Origin: Candidatus Eiseniibacteriota bacterium
GTDB taxonomy: Bacteria > Eisenbacteria > RBG-16-71-46 > JABDJR01
Assembly (NCBI GenBank): GCA_963762255.1
Contig: CAVXKA010000002.1
Coordinates: forward strand, 1,088,001-1,152,000
Direction of reading: 5' to 3'
DNA: 64,000 bases
Shown: piece after piece, positions 50,636 through 60,483 of the stretch
Layout: each line of letters opens with the position of its first letter
How positions within the stretch are numbered: position 1 is the first letter of the stretch
Notes under the pieces: model-generated
The model's input: the letters and a program-made list of their open reading frames with translations, nothing else
Told to the model about the DNA's origin: nothing
The model's database searches: none
Made by a program: the position numbers and the translations under genes

Positions 50636-51991
50636 ATGCGGCGGTTCTTGCATAACTTCGCGATCATGATCGTGGCGGCGCTTCTCGTGCCGCCGATGAC
50701 GTGCGGCTGGGCGGCGGCGGCAGAGGACGCGGATGCCTCGGCCGCGGAAGGCATGACCGAGGTGAAGCCTTTGGTCTGGTCGGGCACGGTGAACCTGGGG
50801 ACCTTCCTCGCCCACCGGGCCTTCTTCGGCGGAGATCCCTACTTCGGGTCGAAGCCCGAGGACACCGATTTCGGCTGGATGGAGGGCTATGCCCGGCTCC
50901 AGCTCGACGTCGCTCCGGCGCCTTGGATGTCGGCGAGCGTGGGTGCGGCCGTCTTCGGCACCGGGGCCACCGACTACTACGGGCTCCGCAACGACGGCTC
51001 GGTACTGCTTGACCGGGCGCAAGTGAGCTTCCCGAGCATCGGGGACTCCGACTTCTCGCTCGCGGTCGGCCGCCAGGACATCCTGATCGGCGACGGGTTC
51101 ATCATCGGGGACGGCTACATCGATCACGAGGGCGCGCTCTGGACCATGCCGTTCAGCTTCTTCGACGCGGTGCACGCCGACTACGAGGCGGGCTCCCTGC
51201 ACGTCACGGCCATGGGCGCGCTCCTGTCGTCGACCTTCTCCGGGGAGATCCCCGACCCCGAGGATCCCGAGAGCGTGGTCGAGGTGGAGCCGGACGGTGA
51301 GTTGGTCGGTCTGGACGCGGCCTACGCCTGGGGCGAGCGCGCCTCGGCGGGGCTCGGCGTCTTCCGGCGCAGCGATCGAGGTGACACCGACAACGACGCC
51401 GCCATCGTGGCCCTGCGCGGCAGCGCGGCGCTGACGGGGGTGACGTTCGCCGGTGAACTGGGAATCGAGGCGGGCAAGATCCAGGGGACCGACCTCCGGG
51501 GATATGCCTACCACGTGGACGCTACCCACACCTTTTGCGAGGAGAGCGAGACCTACGCCAAGGCCTCGTACCTGTTCTTCTCCGGCGACAAGGCGGACAC
51601 CGAGAAGAACGAGGGCTACTACCCGTGGTTCTACCGATGGAACGACTGGTCGCAGTACTACGTGGGGGACATCGTGGGTTCGACCATGATCCTCAACTCG
51701 GACGCGCGCATCATGGTTCTGGAAGGAGGGTACAAACCCGCCGAGGCGTGGGGACTGCGGCTGCTCCTGCACCGGATGGACCTCGACACCGGAAGCAGCA
51801 TCGGCGGGCTCCCGTCAGGAACAGGCCGGCACTTCGCGGATGAGGTGAACGTTGTGGCGGACTACACGCTGAACGACGCGTGGTCGTTCTGGGCGATGAC
51901 GGCCTTTGCGAAGCCCGGGGAGGCGGCCAAGGCCGCGTATGGCGACGACGACGCCACCGAGCTGTTCCTGAACGCGACGTTCAGCTTCTAG
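50636..51991 (+). CDS. Outer-membrane beta-barrel (alginate-export-like)
   Basis: Signal peptide, VGRQDILIGDGFII, FSGD and terminal ATFSF. Confidence 0.7.
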   Translation: MRRFLHNFAIMIVAALLVPPMTCGWAAAAEDADASAAEGMTEVKPLVWSGTVNLGTFLAHRAFFGGDPYFGSKPEDTDFGWMEGYARLQLDVAPAPWMSASVGAAVFGTGATDYYGLRNDGSVLLDRAQVSFPSIGDSDFSLAVGRQDILIGDGFIIGDGYIDHEGALWTMPFSFFDAVHADYEAGSLHVTAMGALLSSTFSGEIPDPEDPESVVEVEPDGELVGLDAAYAWGERASAGLGVFRRSDRGDTDNDAAIVALRGSAALTGVTFAGELGIEAGKIQGTDLRGYAYHVDATHTFCEESETYAKASYLFFSGDKADTEKNEGYYPWFYRWNDWSQYYVGDIVGSTMILNSDARIMVLEGGYKPAEAWGLRLLLHRMDLDTGSSIGGLPSGTGRHFADEVNVVADYTLNDAWSFWAMTAFAKPGEAAKAAYGDDDATELFLNATFSF

Positions 51992-52012
51992 ACCATGCGG
52001 ACCGGTTGAGCC

Positions 52013-53000
52013 ATGCCCACCAACGTCCCGCCCCAGTACCGCAGCGCGGAAGCCCGCTACCGCGCGGCCACGACGCCCGAGGACAAGCTTGCCGCGTTGG
52101 AAGAGATGCTGCGCATCATGCCCAAGCACAAGGCCACGGACAAGCTCCAGGCCGACGTCAAGTCCCGCATCTCCAAGCTCCGCCAGCAGGAGCAGTACGT
52201 CGAAGAAGCACGGCGGCACCCATAGCCACATGGTGCCGCGCGAGGGGGCGGGACAGGTGGTCCTGGTGGGCCCTCCCAACAGCGGAAAGTCCTCGCTCCT
52301 GGCGGAGCTGACCCATGCGGAGCCCAAGATCGGCGAGTTTCCCTTCACCACGCTGGAGCCGTTGCCGGGAATGATGGCGTTCGAGGACGTCTCGATCCAG
52401 CTCATCGACCTGCCTCCCGTCTCGCGCGACCACGTCGAGCCGTGGATCTACGATCTCGTCCGGCGCGCCGATCTGCTGTGGATCGTGGTCGAGAGCGCAG
52501 CCTCCCTGGACGGAATCGAACTATGCCGCTCGCTCCTGGAGGCGAAGCGCATCGAGGCGCAGCCGCCGTTGACGGCGGCGCCTGACGGCGCCGATCCGGC
52601 GACCACGTACAAGCCGGCGCTCCTCGTCCTTACCGGATTCGACAAGCCGGAGAGCGAGGAGAACCTTGCGCTCCTGCGCGAGTTGATCGAGATCCCATGG
52701 CCGTGCCATGCGGTTTCCGTCCGCGACGGGCGCGGACTCGAGGAGCTGCGCAGAGCCACCTTTGACGCGCTCGATGTGATCCGCGTCTACACCAAGGAGC
52801 CGGGCAAACACCCGGACATGGAGAAACCGTTCACGCTGCGTCGCGGGTCCAATGTGGGGGACCTGGCCGCCACCATCCACCGCGACATCGCCCAGCAGCT
52901 CCGCTTCGCGAAACTGTGGGGCAAGGGCGTCTTTGACGGTCAGCCGGTGCAGTGCGATCATGTCCTCAGCGACGGCGATGTGGTGGAGCTTCACTTGTGA
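52013..53000 (+). CDS. DRG/OBG-family GTPase with a TGS domain (frameshift near 52195)
   Basis: MPTNVPPQY..PKHKATDKLQA in one frame. GPPNSGKSS, FPFTT, DLP and the TGS domain (RVYTK..DGDVVEL) are in the next. Confidence 0.85.
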
Positions 53001-53047
53001 TTCTCTCTCACCCTGCGGCAGTATTCGCGGGATCCAAGGAGTCGAAC

Positions 53048-54403
53048 ATGAAACGGAGACGCGGCGCGTCGGCGGTGCTTCTGGCGCTGTTCGCGATAGT
53101 CGGGTGGGGATGTGGAAGCAATAGCGTCACCCCTGCGCCCATCTTGACCACGGGGGACTTCGTGGTGGTGGCGTGGAACGATCTGGGCATGCACTGCCTC
53201 AATCCCACCTACGATCAGGCGGTCATCCTCCCGCCCTACAACACGGTGTGGGCCCAGGTGATCAGGCGGGGGAACCCGCCCCAGATCCAGACGGCGAACA
53301 TCACGGTCGACTATCGGATACTCGGCAACACGTACTCCTATGGAAAGACCGATAGTCATGGCGGGGTGTTCGCGCAGTTCTGGGACAACATGCAGCACCT
53401 CTTCGGCGCGTCGCTTCCCCACGACCGGGGGCTGAACCTGGAGGATCCGAGCCTCCACAACGGTCTCTCCGGCACCATGAAGTCCGCCGGTGACCACTTC
53501 CAGGTGAACGGGATTCCGCTGGTGCCGGTGAGCGATGCCGGCGTCTGGAACCCGTACCAGGTGGCCGAGATCGCCGTGCTGAACGCAGCGGGCGACACCC
53601 TGGCCAAGACCCGGTGCACGGTGCCCACTTCGGACGAGCTCAATTGCGCCAAATGCCACGCGCAGAACGGCACCGGGACCAGTTCCATCGGGGGCGGCAC
53701 CGCCGATGTGTTCAAGAACATTCTGTCCGTCCATGATGCGCTCCAGCAGACGACCCTGGCGGCGGACGCGCCCGTTCTGTGCGCCTCGTGCCACGCGAGC
53801 CCGGCGCTGGGGACGCCGGCCCCCACCGATCCCGGCATGTACCTCTCCGCGGCCATCCACGGCTTCCACGTCGGCAGGAACGCAGACTGCTACGACTGCC
53901 ACCCCGGCGGCACGACGAGCTGCAATCGCAGCATCGCACACACCGCGACCGGTGGGAACTGCACGACCTGCCACGGAGCGTTGGATCAGGTGTCTTCCTC
54001 GATCCGCACCGCCGGCCGCGTGCCGTGGGTGCAAGAGCCCAAGTGCTCGGACGCCGGCTGCCATACGGCCACGCAGGACGTGGACACGGGATCCACGCTC
54101 TACCGCAACGCCAAGGGGCACGGCGGCGTCTACTGCGCGGGCTGCCACGGGAGCCCGCACGCCATGGTCCCGAGCAGCGAAGCCGCCGACAACTACCAGG
54201 CGATCCAATACCAGGGAAGCCACCGGGTCAGCACGCTGGGGAGCTGCCATGCCTGCCACGGCAACTCGCAAGGGGAAGGCTTCGGGGAGTTTGGCGAGGA
54301 GCACGGCCCGGGCGGAAGGTCTTCGGCGTGCAACATCTGCCACACCGAGGTACCGGACAACCACTCCGCGGCGCCGCACTCCTTCACCTGGAGGAGGCGC
54401 TGA
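53048..54403 (+). CDS. Multiheme cytochrome c lipoprotein (7 CxxCH + 1 Cx4CH)
   Basis: Lipobox GWGC, N-terminal AWNDLGMHC domain; heme motifs counted by hand. Confidence 0.88.
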   Translation: MKRRRGASAVLLALFAIVGWGCGSNSVTPAPILTTGDFVVVAWNDLGMHCLNPTYDQAVILPPYNTVWAQVIRRGNPPQIQTANITVDYRILGNTYSYGKTDSHGGVFAQFWDNMQHLFGASLPHDRGLNLEDPSLHNGLSGTMKSAGDHFQVNGIPLVPVSDAGVWNPYQVAEIAVLNAAGDTLAKTRCTVPTSDELNCAKCHAQNGTGTSSIGGGTADVFKNILSVHDALQQTTLAADAPVLCASCHASPALGTPAPTDPGMYLSAAIHGFHVGRNADCYDCHPGGTTSCNRSIAHTATGGNCTTCHGALDQVSSSIRTAGRVPWVQEPKCSDAGCHTATQDVDTGSTLYRNAKGHGGVYCAGCHGSPHAMVPSSEAADNYQAIQYQGSHRVSTLGSCHACHGNSQGEGFGEFGEEHGPGGRSSACNICHTEVPDNHSAAPHSFTWRRR

Positions 54404-54450
54404 CCCCCCGCGGGGCGCGGAGGCGCTGATCGGATCGCGACACGACCCCT

Positions 54451-54492
54451 GAAAAGAGAACGCCCCGGCCGATCCTGCGATCGACCGGGGCG
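54451..54492 (-). terminator. Rho-independent terminator downstream of pntB
   Basis: CGCCCCGG..GATC-CTGC-GATC..CCGGGGCG hairpin with TTCTCTTTTC on the minus strand. Confidence 0.6.
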
Positions 54493-54538
54493 CGCTGATC
54501 CGCCAGGACCCCGCTCGCGCGGGGCGCCTATGCAAGGG

Positions 54539-55942
54539 CTAGTGCATTCCCCCCTCGCCCGCCAACGACTTCACGATCTCTCCCACGACCGCCTTGGCGT
54601 CGCCGAAGAGCATGTAGGTGTTGTCGGCGAAGTAGAGCTCGTTCTCGATGCCGGCAAACCCCGGGTTCATGGTTCGCTTGATCGCGAAGCAGGTCCGGGC
54701 TTTGTCGGCGTCGATGATCGGCATACCGAAGATGGGGCTCGACTTGTCGTGGCGCGCCGCGGGGTTCACGACGTCGTTGGCGCCGATCACCAGGACCACG
54801 TCCGCCTGCGGCATGTCGTGGTTGATGTCCTCCATCTCGACGAGCTTCTCGTAGGGGATCTCCGCCTCGGCGAGCAGCACGTTCATGTGGCCCGGCATGC
54901 GCCCGGCCACCGGGTGAATGGCGAAGCGCACGTCCACCCCGCGCTTGGTGAGCTGCTCGTAGAGTTCCTTGACCCGGTGCTGGGCCTGGGCGACCGCCAT
55001 GCCGTAGCCGGGGACGATCACCACGAGGCTCGCCTGCTCCATGATCTGAGCCGCCCCTTCCGGGGTCTCGCTCTTGGCCACCTTCTTTTCGCCTCCGCCC
55101 GCTGCTGCCTGCACCTGCCCGAAGGCGCCGAACAGCACGTTGGAGAACGAGCGATTCATCGCCTTGCACATGATGATCGCGAGGATCAGGCCGGAGGATC
55201 CGTCGAGGGCGCCCGCAGTGATGAGCAGCTTGTTGTCGAGCACAAAGCCCATGGCTACCGCGGAGAGACCAGCGTACGAGTTCAGGAGCGCGATCACGGT
55301 CGGCATGTCCGCCCCGCCGATCGGGATGATGAGGAGCACGCCGAAGAGTAACGACAGCCCGATGATCGCGGGGAAGAGAGGGGCGAACCTGATCGGGTCG
55401 ATGACGATCAGGACTCCGAACACCAGCGCCACCGCGAACAGTAGGAAGTTGCTCTGGTTCTGGAACTTGTAGGTGACCGGGCGCTGCGGGATCCACTTGA
55501 CCTCTTGGAGCTTGCCGGCCGCCATCAAGCTGCCGGTGAAGGTCAGGAACCCGAGGATGATCTCCACGATAATGGCGGTCGCGCGGAACGCAGTGAGACT
55601 TTCCGGGCCCTCACCGAGCTTCAGATAGAACTCCGCCGCTCCCACCAGACCGGCGGCCAACCCGCCGAAGGCGTGGGACAACGCGGTCCGCTGCGGCACC
55701 GCGGTCAGGGGCACCTTGGACAGCGGAATGCCCACCACAAAGCCGAGGGCGATGGCGAGGGCGATCCATCCCCAGTTCACGAGATGCGGGTCGAGCATCG
55801 TGCCGACGATGGCCAGGAGCATCGCAGCCACGCCGGCAAGCACGGAGCGCCGGGCGGTTTTGGGAGTGTTCATCCACTGGAGCGAGAAGATGAACAGCGC
55901 GGTCGAGATCAGATAGACGAACTGGGTGAGTTGCGCTCTCAT
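54539..55942 (-). CDS. pntB: NAD(P) transhydrogenase beta subunit
   Basis: IGGADMP..LNSY, MNRS, PGYGMAVAQAQ, HPVAGRMPGHMNVLLAEA and GANDVVNP. Confidence 0.96.
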   Translation of the reverse strand: MRAQLTQFVYLISTALFIFSLQWMNTPKTARRSVLAGVAAMLLAIVGTMLDPHLVNWGWIALAIALGFVVGIPLSKVPLTAVPQRTALSHAFGGLAAGLVGAAEFYLKLGEGPESLTAFRATAIIVEIILGFLTFTGSLMAAGKLQEVKWIPQRPVTYKFQNQSNFLLFAVALVFGVLIVIDPIRFAPLFPAIIGLSLLFGVLLIIPIGGADMPTVIALLNSYAGLSAVAMGFVLDNKLLITAGALDGSSGLILAIIMCKAMNRSFSNVLFGAFGQVQAAAGGGEKKVAKSETPEGAAQIMEQASLVVIVPGYGMAVAQAQHRVKELYEQLTKRGVDVRFAIHPVAGRMPGHMNVLLAEAEIPYEKLVEMEDINHDMPQADVVLVIGANDVVNPAARHDKSSPIFGMPIIDADKARTCFAIKRTMNPGFAGIENELYFADNTYMLFGDAKAVVGEIVKSLAGEGGMH

Positions 55943-56334
55943 GATTTCTTCGGCCCCTGCGTCTTGAACATCTTGAGCATGCGTTCCGTGATCAGGAAGC
56001 CGCTGACGATGTTGGTCATCGACGCGAACAGCGCCACGCCGCCCATGATCGTGATGTAGGTGGGGTGCTTGGTGCCGGTGATGAGGATGGAGCCGATCAC
56101 CGCGATGGCGGAGATCGCGTTGGTGAGCGACATCAGCGGGGTGTGCAGGAGTCTCGAGACACGGGTGATCACCCCGAGGCCGATGAACGTCGACAGCATG
56201 AAGACGAACACCATGGTCATGAAGTCAAAACTGGACGCTGCGTGGCCGGCCTCGGCTGCTTCCGCGGCCAGAGCGGGTGAGGCCCACCCCGCTAGCAGCA
56301 GACCGCTCATCACGAGTCGGTTGGGCTGTTTCAT
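55939..56334 (-). CDS. pntA: NAD(P) transhydrogenase alpha subunit, membrane part (PntAb)
   Basis: LHTPLMSLTNAISA and NIVSGFLITERMLKMFK. Confidence 0.92.
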   Translation of the reverse strand: MKQPNRLVMSGLLLAGWASPALAAEAAEAGHAASSFDFMTMVFVFMLSTFIGLGVITRVSRLLHTPLMSLTNAISAIAVIGSILITGTKHPTYITIMGGVALFASMTNIVSGFLITERMLKMFKTQGPKKS

Positions 56335-56650
56335 ATCGCCTTTTTCCTCCCCTGGGTCTAACTAGAGACGGAAGTTTGTATCATCCCCCGCCCGATCTGC
56401 CAACCCATGAATTGACTTATCCATACAGGGTTCGAGGGGGGCGCTCAGGAGCGATTTCAGAGGTTTGCGGAGGCCGAGATTCGCGTCAAGTGGAGGGGCA
56501 TCTTCGTGCAGTGGGCACCGTTTGGTGGACACGAACCTACGACTCCCTGCCGGCGCTTCATTGGCTCTGACTGGTCGTTCACCCGGTCCGTGGGGCGCGG
56601 GGTAGTTTTCGAGTAGGCACAATCGTCTCCCGTGGGAGGCGTGAGGCTGC

Positions 56651-56794
56651 ACCCCAGTCCGGGCGGGTCTATATCCCTATGAAATCAATGGGTTTCGGCG
56701 GATCAGTGTTGCGGCCGAAATCGTCCCCAGGCGGCGATTGTGCCCACTCGAAGGGTGGTTTTCGAATGGGAATGAAACATACGTTGCCCCCCCT
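56651..56794. repeat. ~144-bp imperfect direct repeat, copy 1
   Basis: Aligns end to end with 57584-57726; 36-nt identical core at 56716-56751. Confidence 0.9.
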
Positions 56795-56965
56795 GGGCGG
56801 TGACTGTCAGGCGGTAACCGTCCCTGCACAGATTGGGTAGCACAGACGGCCGCATGGGCGGGCCACCGCGCTACATCCGGCAGCGCCCCCCTGCTCGGCT
56901 ATCGGCGCGTCGTGCTCGGCGCGTACGCAATGAGCAATTGTCGGGCTCGGGCTTCGATGAAGCTG

Positions 56966-57397
56966 CTACGCGCGTGGCGGCGCGGGAACAAGGCCATAGC
57001 GCGCCATGACCGCGAGGAGCTGCGTGCGATCCGGCGGCCCGGGAGCATTGATAACGGCCGCCACATCCCTGAAATACTGCGCGCCGATGTCGGGCGTCAG
57101 TACGATGAGTGCACGAGCGGTCTCTTCATGGGGATTGCTGAACGCGTGCACCGCGCCTCTAGGAGTGTGCATCCAGTCACCCGGACTGAGATCCCGCATC
57201 ACATCGTTGACAGAGTAGCGTAGCACTCCGCCAAGGGCATAGATGCACTCCTCGTTGTACGAGTGGCTGTGGGGCGGTGGGACGTTCGATCCTGGCGGAA
57301 TCGTGAGTTCAAAGACGCCCATCCCGCCCTGACCTGCGCCATCGATCAAGTAGCTAACTTCGAGTTGACCGATCCTAATGGGTTCCGGTTGCGTCAT
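56966..57397 (-). CDS. Cupin-domain protein
   Basis: PPPHSH..EE and PRGAVHAFSN. Confidence 0.88.
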   Translation of the reverse strand: MTQPEPIRIGQLEVSYLIDGAGQGGMGVFELTIPPGSNVPPPHSHSYNEECIYALGGVLRYSVNDVMRDLSPGDWMHTPRGAVHAFSNPHEETARALIVLTPDIGAQYFRDVAAVINAPGPPDRTQLLAVMARYGLVPAPPRA

Positions 57398-57583
57398 TGT
57401 CTTATCCTCGGTGGACTTGTGGATGATTGAAACGGCGATCAACGTCACGCGGCTGAACCCCAAGCGTGCTGTCTACCCCCCAGAGATACGGACCATTCCT
57501 CGAAACAGGGGGCCGTCCCACCCTTGCGGGTCGGCAGTCCCCCGGAGCTCTATTCGCCACAAGGGGAGCGGGGGCAAGCTTCT

Positions 57584-57726
57584 ACCCCAGTCCGGGTGCC
57601 CCTATATGTGTTTGAAATCAATGGGTTTCGGGGATCACCGTTACGGTCGAAATCGTCCCCAGGCGGCGATTGTGCCCACTCGAGGGCCGGTTTTCGAATG
57701 GACATGAACTGTGCGTTGCCCCCCCT
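57584..57726. repeat. ~143-bp imperfect direct repeat, copy 2
   Basis: Aligns with 56651-56794; identical core at 57648-57683. Confidence 0.9.
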
Positions 57727-57991
57727 CGACTCGCGGGGCTGCGCCTCGCGGTCAGACCGTCGAGCTCGGTCCGCAAGGGCGGTCCGTGGTCAAGAATGAA
57801 GGGATGCGAACTTACGACTCCCTGGACGCGGACAACTGGTGGCAATCACTAGGTATAGCGCCGACTGCGCGAGGAGAACCGGTGCCGGGGGACTGCTGAG
57901 CTTGTACACTAGAATCAACCCGGATCGCCCTAGCGTAGGATGTGGCTACCGATCGGCGCGGGCCGGCCGTCGGAGATGACGGGAGCGACGG

Positions 57992-58705
57992 ATGCTGAAG
58001 AGTGGAAGAGCAATAGTGGACGGCCACCAAGCGCGGAGAAGACTGCAGGGCAGGAGTGACTCGGCATCGCTATTCGCCGGTCCGCTACGCATGCTCCGCA
58101 TAGGCGCGTTTGCCCTCGCCGGACTGCTTCTCAGCCCCTCGACTTCATCCTGTTCGCCGCCCAAGGAAGTCCTGCCTGAAATCTCTCAGGGCCAAGCCCC
58201 CATCGCGTTTGCCGGCAAGGTGATTGACGTTGTGGATGTGGCTCCTACCGAGGCCAATCCCCGCGTACGTCCGTATTCGATCGCCACGGTCGCCGCACTG
58301 TCCAGAGCGGCTGGGGACATGCCCGACACACTCCACGTGCTTCAACGAAACGTTGTCTGGTGGAGTCGCGGCCGTCTCAAGGTTGTCGTACATGACGCTG
58401 ATTGCGTCCTCTTCGTCGGCGATCAGATTGCTGTCGTGGCCACTCCTTCCCCACCCGGCGAGCGTTTCCCATGGAACGCAGTCGGCCCAGTGTGGATTCC
58501 CGACTATCTTCGGATCATCCTGGAATCCGCCGATGACGCTGACCAAGGGTTGTACGGGGTCACCATCGGCCCAACTGGCGAGACTGAGCCGGGGCCGGAA
58601 GCGGTGGGCAGGCCGGTTAGGACATTCATTCAGCGCCACTACGAACCGGTCGGTATCTCCCTCTCCGAGTTCCTCCAATCCTGCGAGGCTCAATACTCGA
58701 GGTGA
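57992..58705 (+). CDS. Hypothetical exported protein (start uncertain, possibly ~58091)
   Basis: Long ORF with a hydrophobic signal-like segment; lower GC than the backbone. Confidence 0.5.
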   Translation: MLKSGRAIVDGHQARRRLQGRSDSASLFAGPLRMLRIGAFALAGLLLSPSTSSCSPPKEVLPEISQGQAPIAFAGKVIDVVDVAPTEANPRVRPYSIATVAALSRAAGDMPDTLHVLQRNVVWWSRGRLKVVVHDADCVLFVGDQIAVVATPSPPGERFPWNAVGPVWIPDYLRIILESADDADQGLYGVTIGPTGETEPGPEAVGRPVRTFIQRHYEPVGISLSEFLQSCEAQYSR

Positions 58706-58776
58706 GGCGTTGATCTGCTGCGGGGCGTGAAACTGACCCCAGACTTGGTCCGCTGGACCCGAATCTCCTGAGGGTA

Positions 58777-59100
58777 GTTCCCCTTGACCCCGTCGCGTCT
58801 CGGCTGCCCAATGGGGTCTGGAGGTTCACGCAATGTCGCACCTATCGCCCCCGACGCTGACCCGCTCGGAACAGCAATCCCTGCTTGAGGTCTCGGCCTC
58901 GCACCCGCGGGACCACCTGGTGTTCAGCCTTGCGCTGGGAACCGGACTGAGATTGTCGGAGATCGTCGGCCTGAACGTGGGCGACGTGTTCACGCCGGAT
59001 GGCAGGCCACGTTCCCGCATCCGCCCCCGCCGCGAGATCGCCAAGGGCGGCCACGCCGGCGACGTGTTCCTGCCCCGACGCGCTGGGGCCGAAGCGCAAG
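58777..59100 (+). pseudogene. 5' fragment of a small tyrosine recombinase, with its promoter
   Basis: MSHLSPPTLTR..ALGTGLRLSEIVGLNVGD..AKGGHAGDVFLP, closely similar to 60484 onward. Shared upstream TTGACC-17-CCCAAT; truncated near 59100. Confidence 0.88.
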
Positions 59101-59177
59101 ACTACCTGGTTACGCGACCCACACGACGTGAGCGAAGCGCATCTCCCATGCGGGGCCAGGGGTAAAGGGGTAAGGGG

Positions 59178-60299
59178 TCAAGGCGTAACGGTCCTGGCTA
59201 CACGGAACCCGAGGCTGTAGTAGCTGCTCGCCGGGTAGAAGGTGCCCCGGCCCGCGCACCGGAGGTAGTACGTGCCGGTGAGGTCCCACGAGCCGCCACG
59301 AAGCACCCGGTAGGTCTCGCTCACCGGGCCAGCCGGATCCACCGTCGGGCTCCCTTGACTCCCCGCCGGATACGTGGCGTACCAGTCCCAGCACCACTCC
59401 CACACGTTCCCATGCACGTCGTACAGCCCCCATGCGTTGGCTTGCTTCCCCTTCACGTCATGCGTCTGACTCCCCGAGTTGGCGAAGTACCACGCCGCCC
59501 GCGCCAGATCGCTCTCCGCCTCCCCCGACCAGTACCGCGTCGTCGTCCCCGCACGGCACGCGTACTCCCACTCCGACTCCGTAGGCAACCGGTACCCGTT
59601 CGCAGCCCGATTCCACGTCACCGTGCTCCCGCTCACCGTGTAGGCCCGCGTCAGCCCCGGCTCCCTGTCCGTCAGCGCGTTGCAGTAGTTCACCGCATCA
59701 AACCACGTCACCTGTTCCACCGGGCGCTGCGCCCCCTGGTGGTAGCTCGGGTTCGTCCCCATCACCGCTTGGTATTCCGCCTGCGTGACCTCCGCCTCCC
59801 CCAACAAGAGCGGCTTCGTGATCCTCACCCAATGCTGTGTCTCGTGGCTGTCTCCTCCCTCGCTCGTCGGGCTCCCCATCTGGAACATCCCAAGTTCTAT
59901 GCGGACGAATCCCAGCGGAACCGGGGCCACGATCGCCACCGTCGCCGTCCCGCTCTTAGTGGGATCCGCCTGACTCGTCGCCCGCACCGTCGCCGTGGCC
60001 GGATTCGGCACCGTCGCCGGGGCCGTGTAGAGTCCGGTGGGCATGATCGTCCCCCGATCTGCTTCATCCACCGACCACGCTACTCCAGTGTCTGGCGTCC
60101 CCGTCACCGTCGCCGTGAACTGCTGTGTCTGACCGACCTGCACGCTCACCGTCGCGGGCTCCACGCTCACCACCACGGGCTTGCTGGGGTCATCGCCGCC
60201 ACAACCCAACGACACCGTCAGCAGGGCGAGTGGGATGAGAAACCACCGGTGGAGAGTCGAACCGGGCAGAAGGCCCGAAAGAACCCGTGTGAGGCGCAT
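59178..60299 (-). CDS. Lipoprotein with an Ig-like domain and an FGE-sulfatase (C-type-lectin fold) domain; probable DGR target
   Basis: Lipobox LGC; Thr/Val-rich Ig-like repeat; FQMGS, EVTQ, RLPTESEWEYACRAG, GNVWEW and RVLRGGSW...GFRV. Confidence 0.88.
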   Translation of the reverse strand: MRLTRVLSGLLPGSTLHRWFLIPLALLTVSLGCGGDDPSKPVVVSVEPATVSVQVGQTQQFTATVTGTPDTGVAWSVDEADRGTIMPTGLYTAPATVPNPATATVRATSQADPTKSGTATVAIVAPVPLGFVRIELGMFQMGSPTSEGGDSHETQHWVRITKPLLLGEAEVTQAEYQAVMGTNPSYHQGAQRPVEQVTWFDAVNYCNALTDREPGLTRAYTVSGSTVTWNRAANGYRLPTESEWEYACRAGTTTRYWSGEAESDLARAAWYFANSGSQTHDVKGKQANAWGLYDVHGNVWEWCWDWYATYPAGSQGSPTVDPAGPVSETYRVLRGGSWDLTGTYYLRCAGRGTFYPASSYYSLGFRVARTVTP

Positions 60300-60483
60300 C
60301 GCACACCACCTGTGGTTGAGGATTGCGGCCCTGACCTGTGGACAGCGGTCGTGAAGGATGCAGGGAAGTCGAACGTACTCCGCGAATCCCCCAGAATCAA
60401 GCAGGCAGGTGCTTCACTGGCGCTCGGTTCCCCTTGACCCCGTCCCGTCTCGGCTCCCCAATGTGGCCAGGAGGAACCGACCT

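Noticed and set aside
56651-57726. CRISPR array or tRNA interpretation of the repeats
   Set aside because: Only two long copies ~0.9 kb apart, with no spacer periodicity, no cas genes and no cloverleaf.
59178-60299. Complete DGR locus
   Set aside because: No reverse transcriptase, Avd or template repeat is in the window; only the target-like signature is reported.
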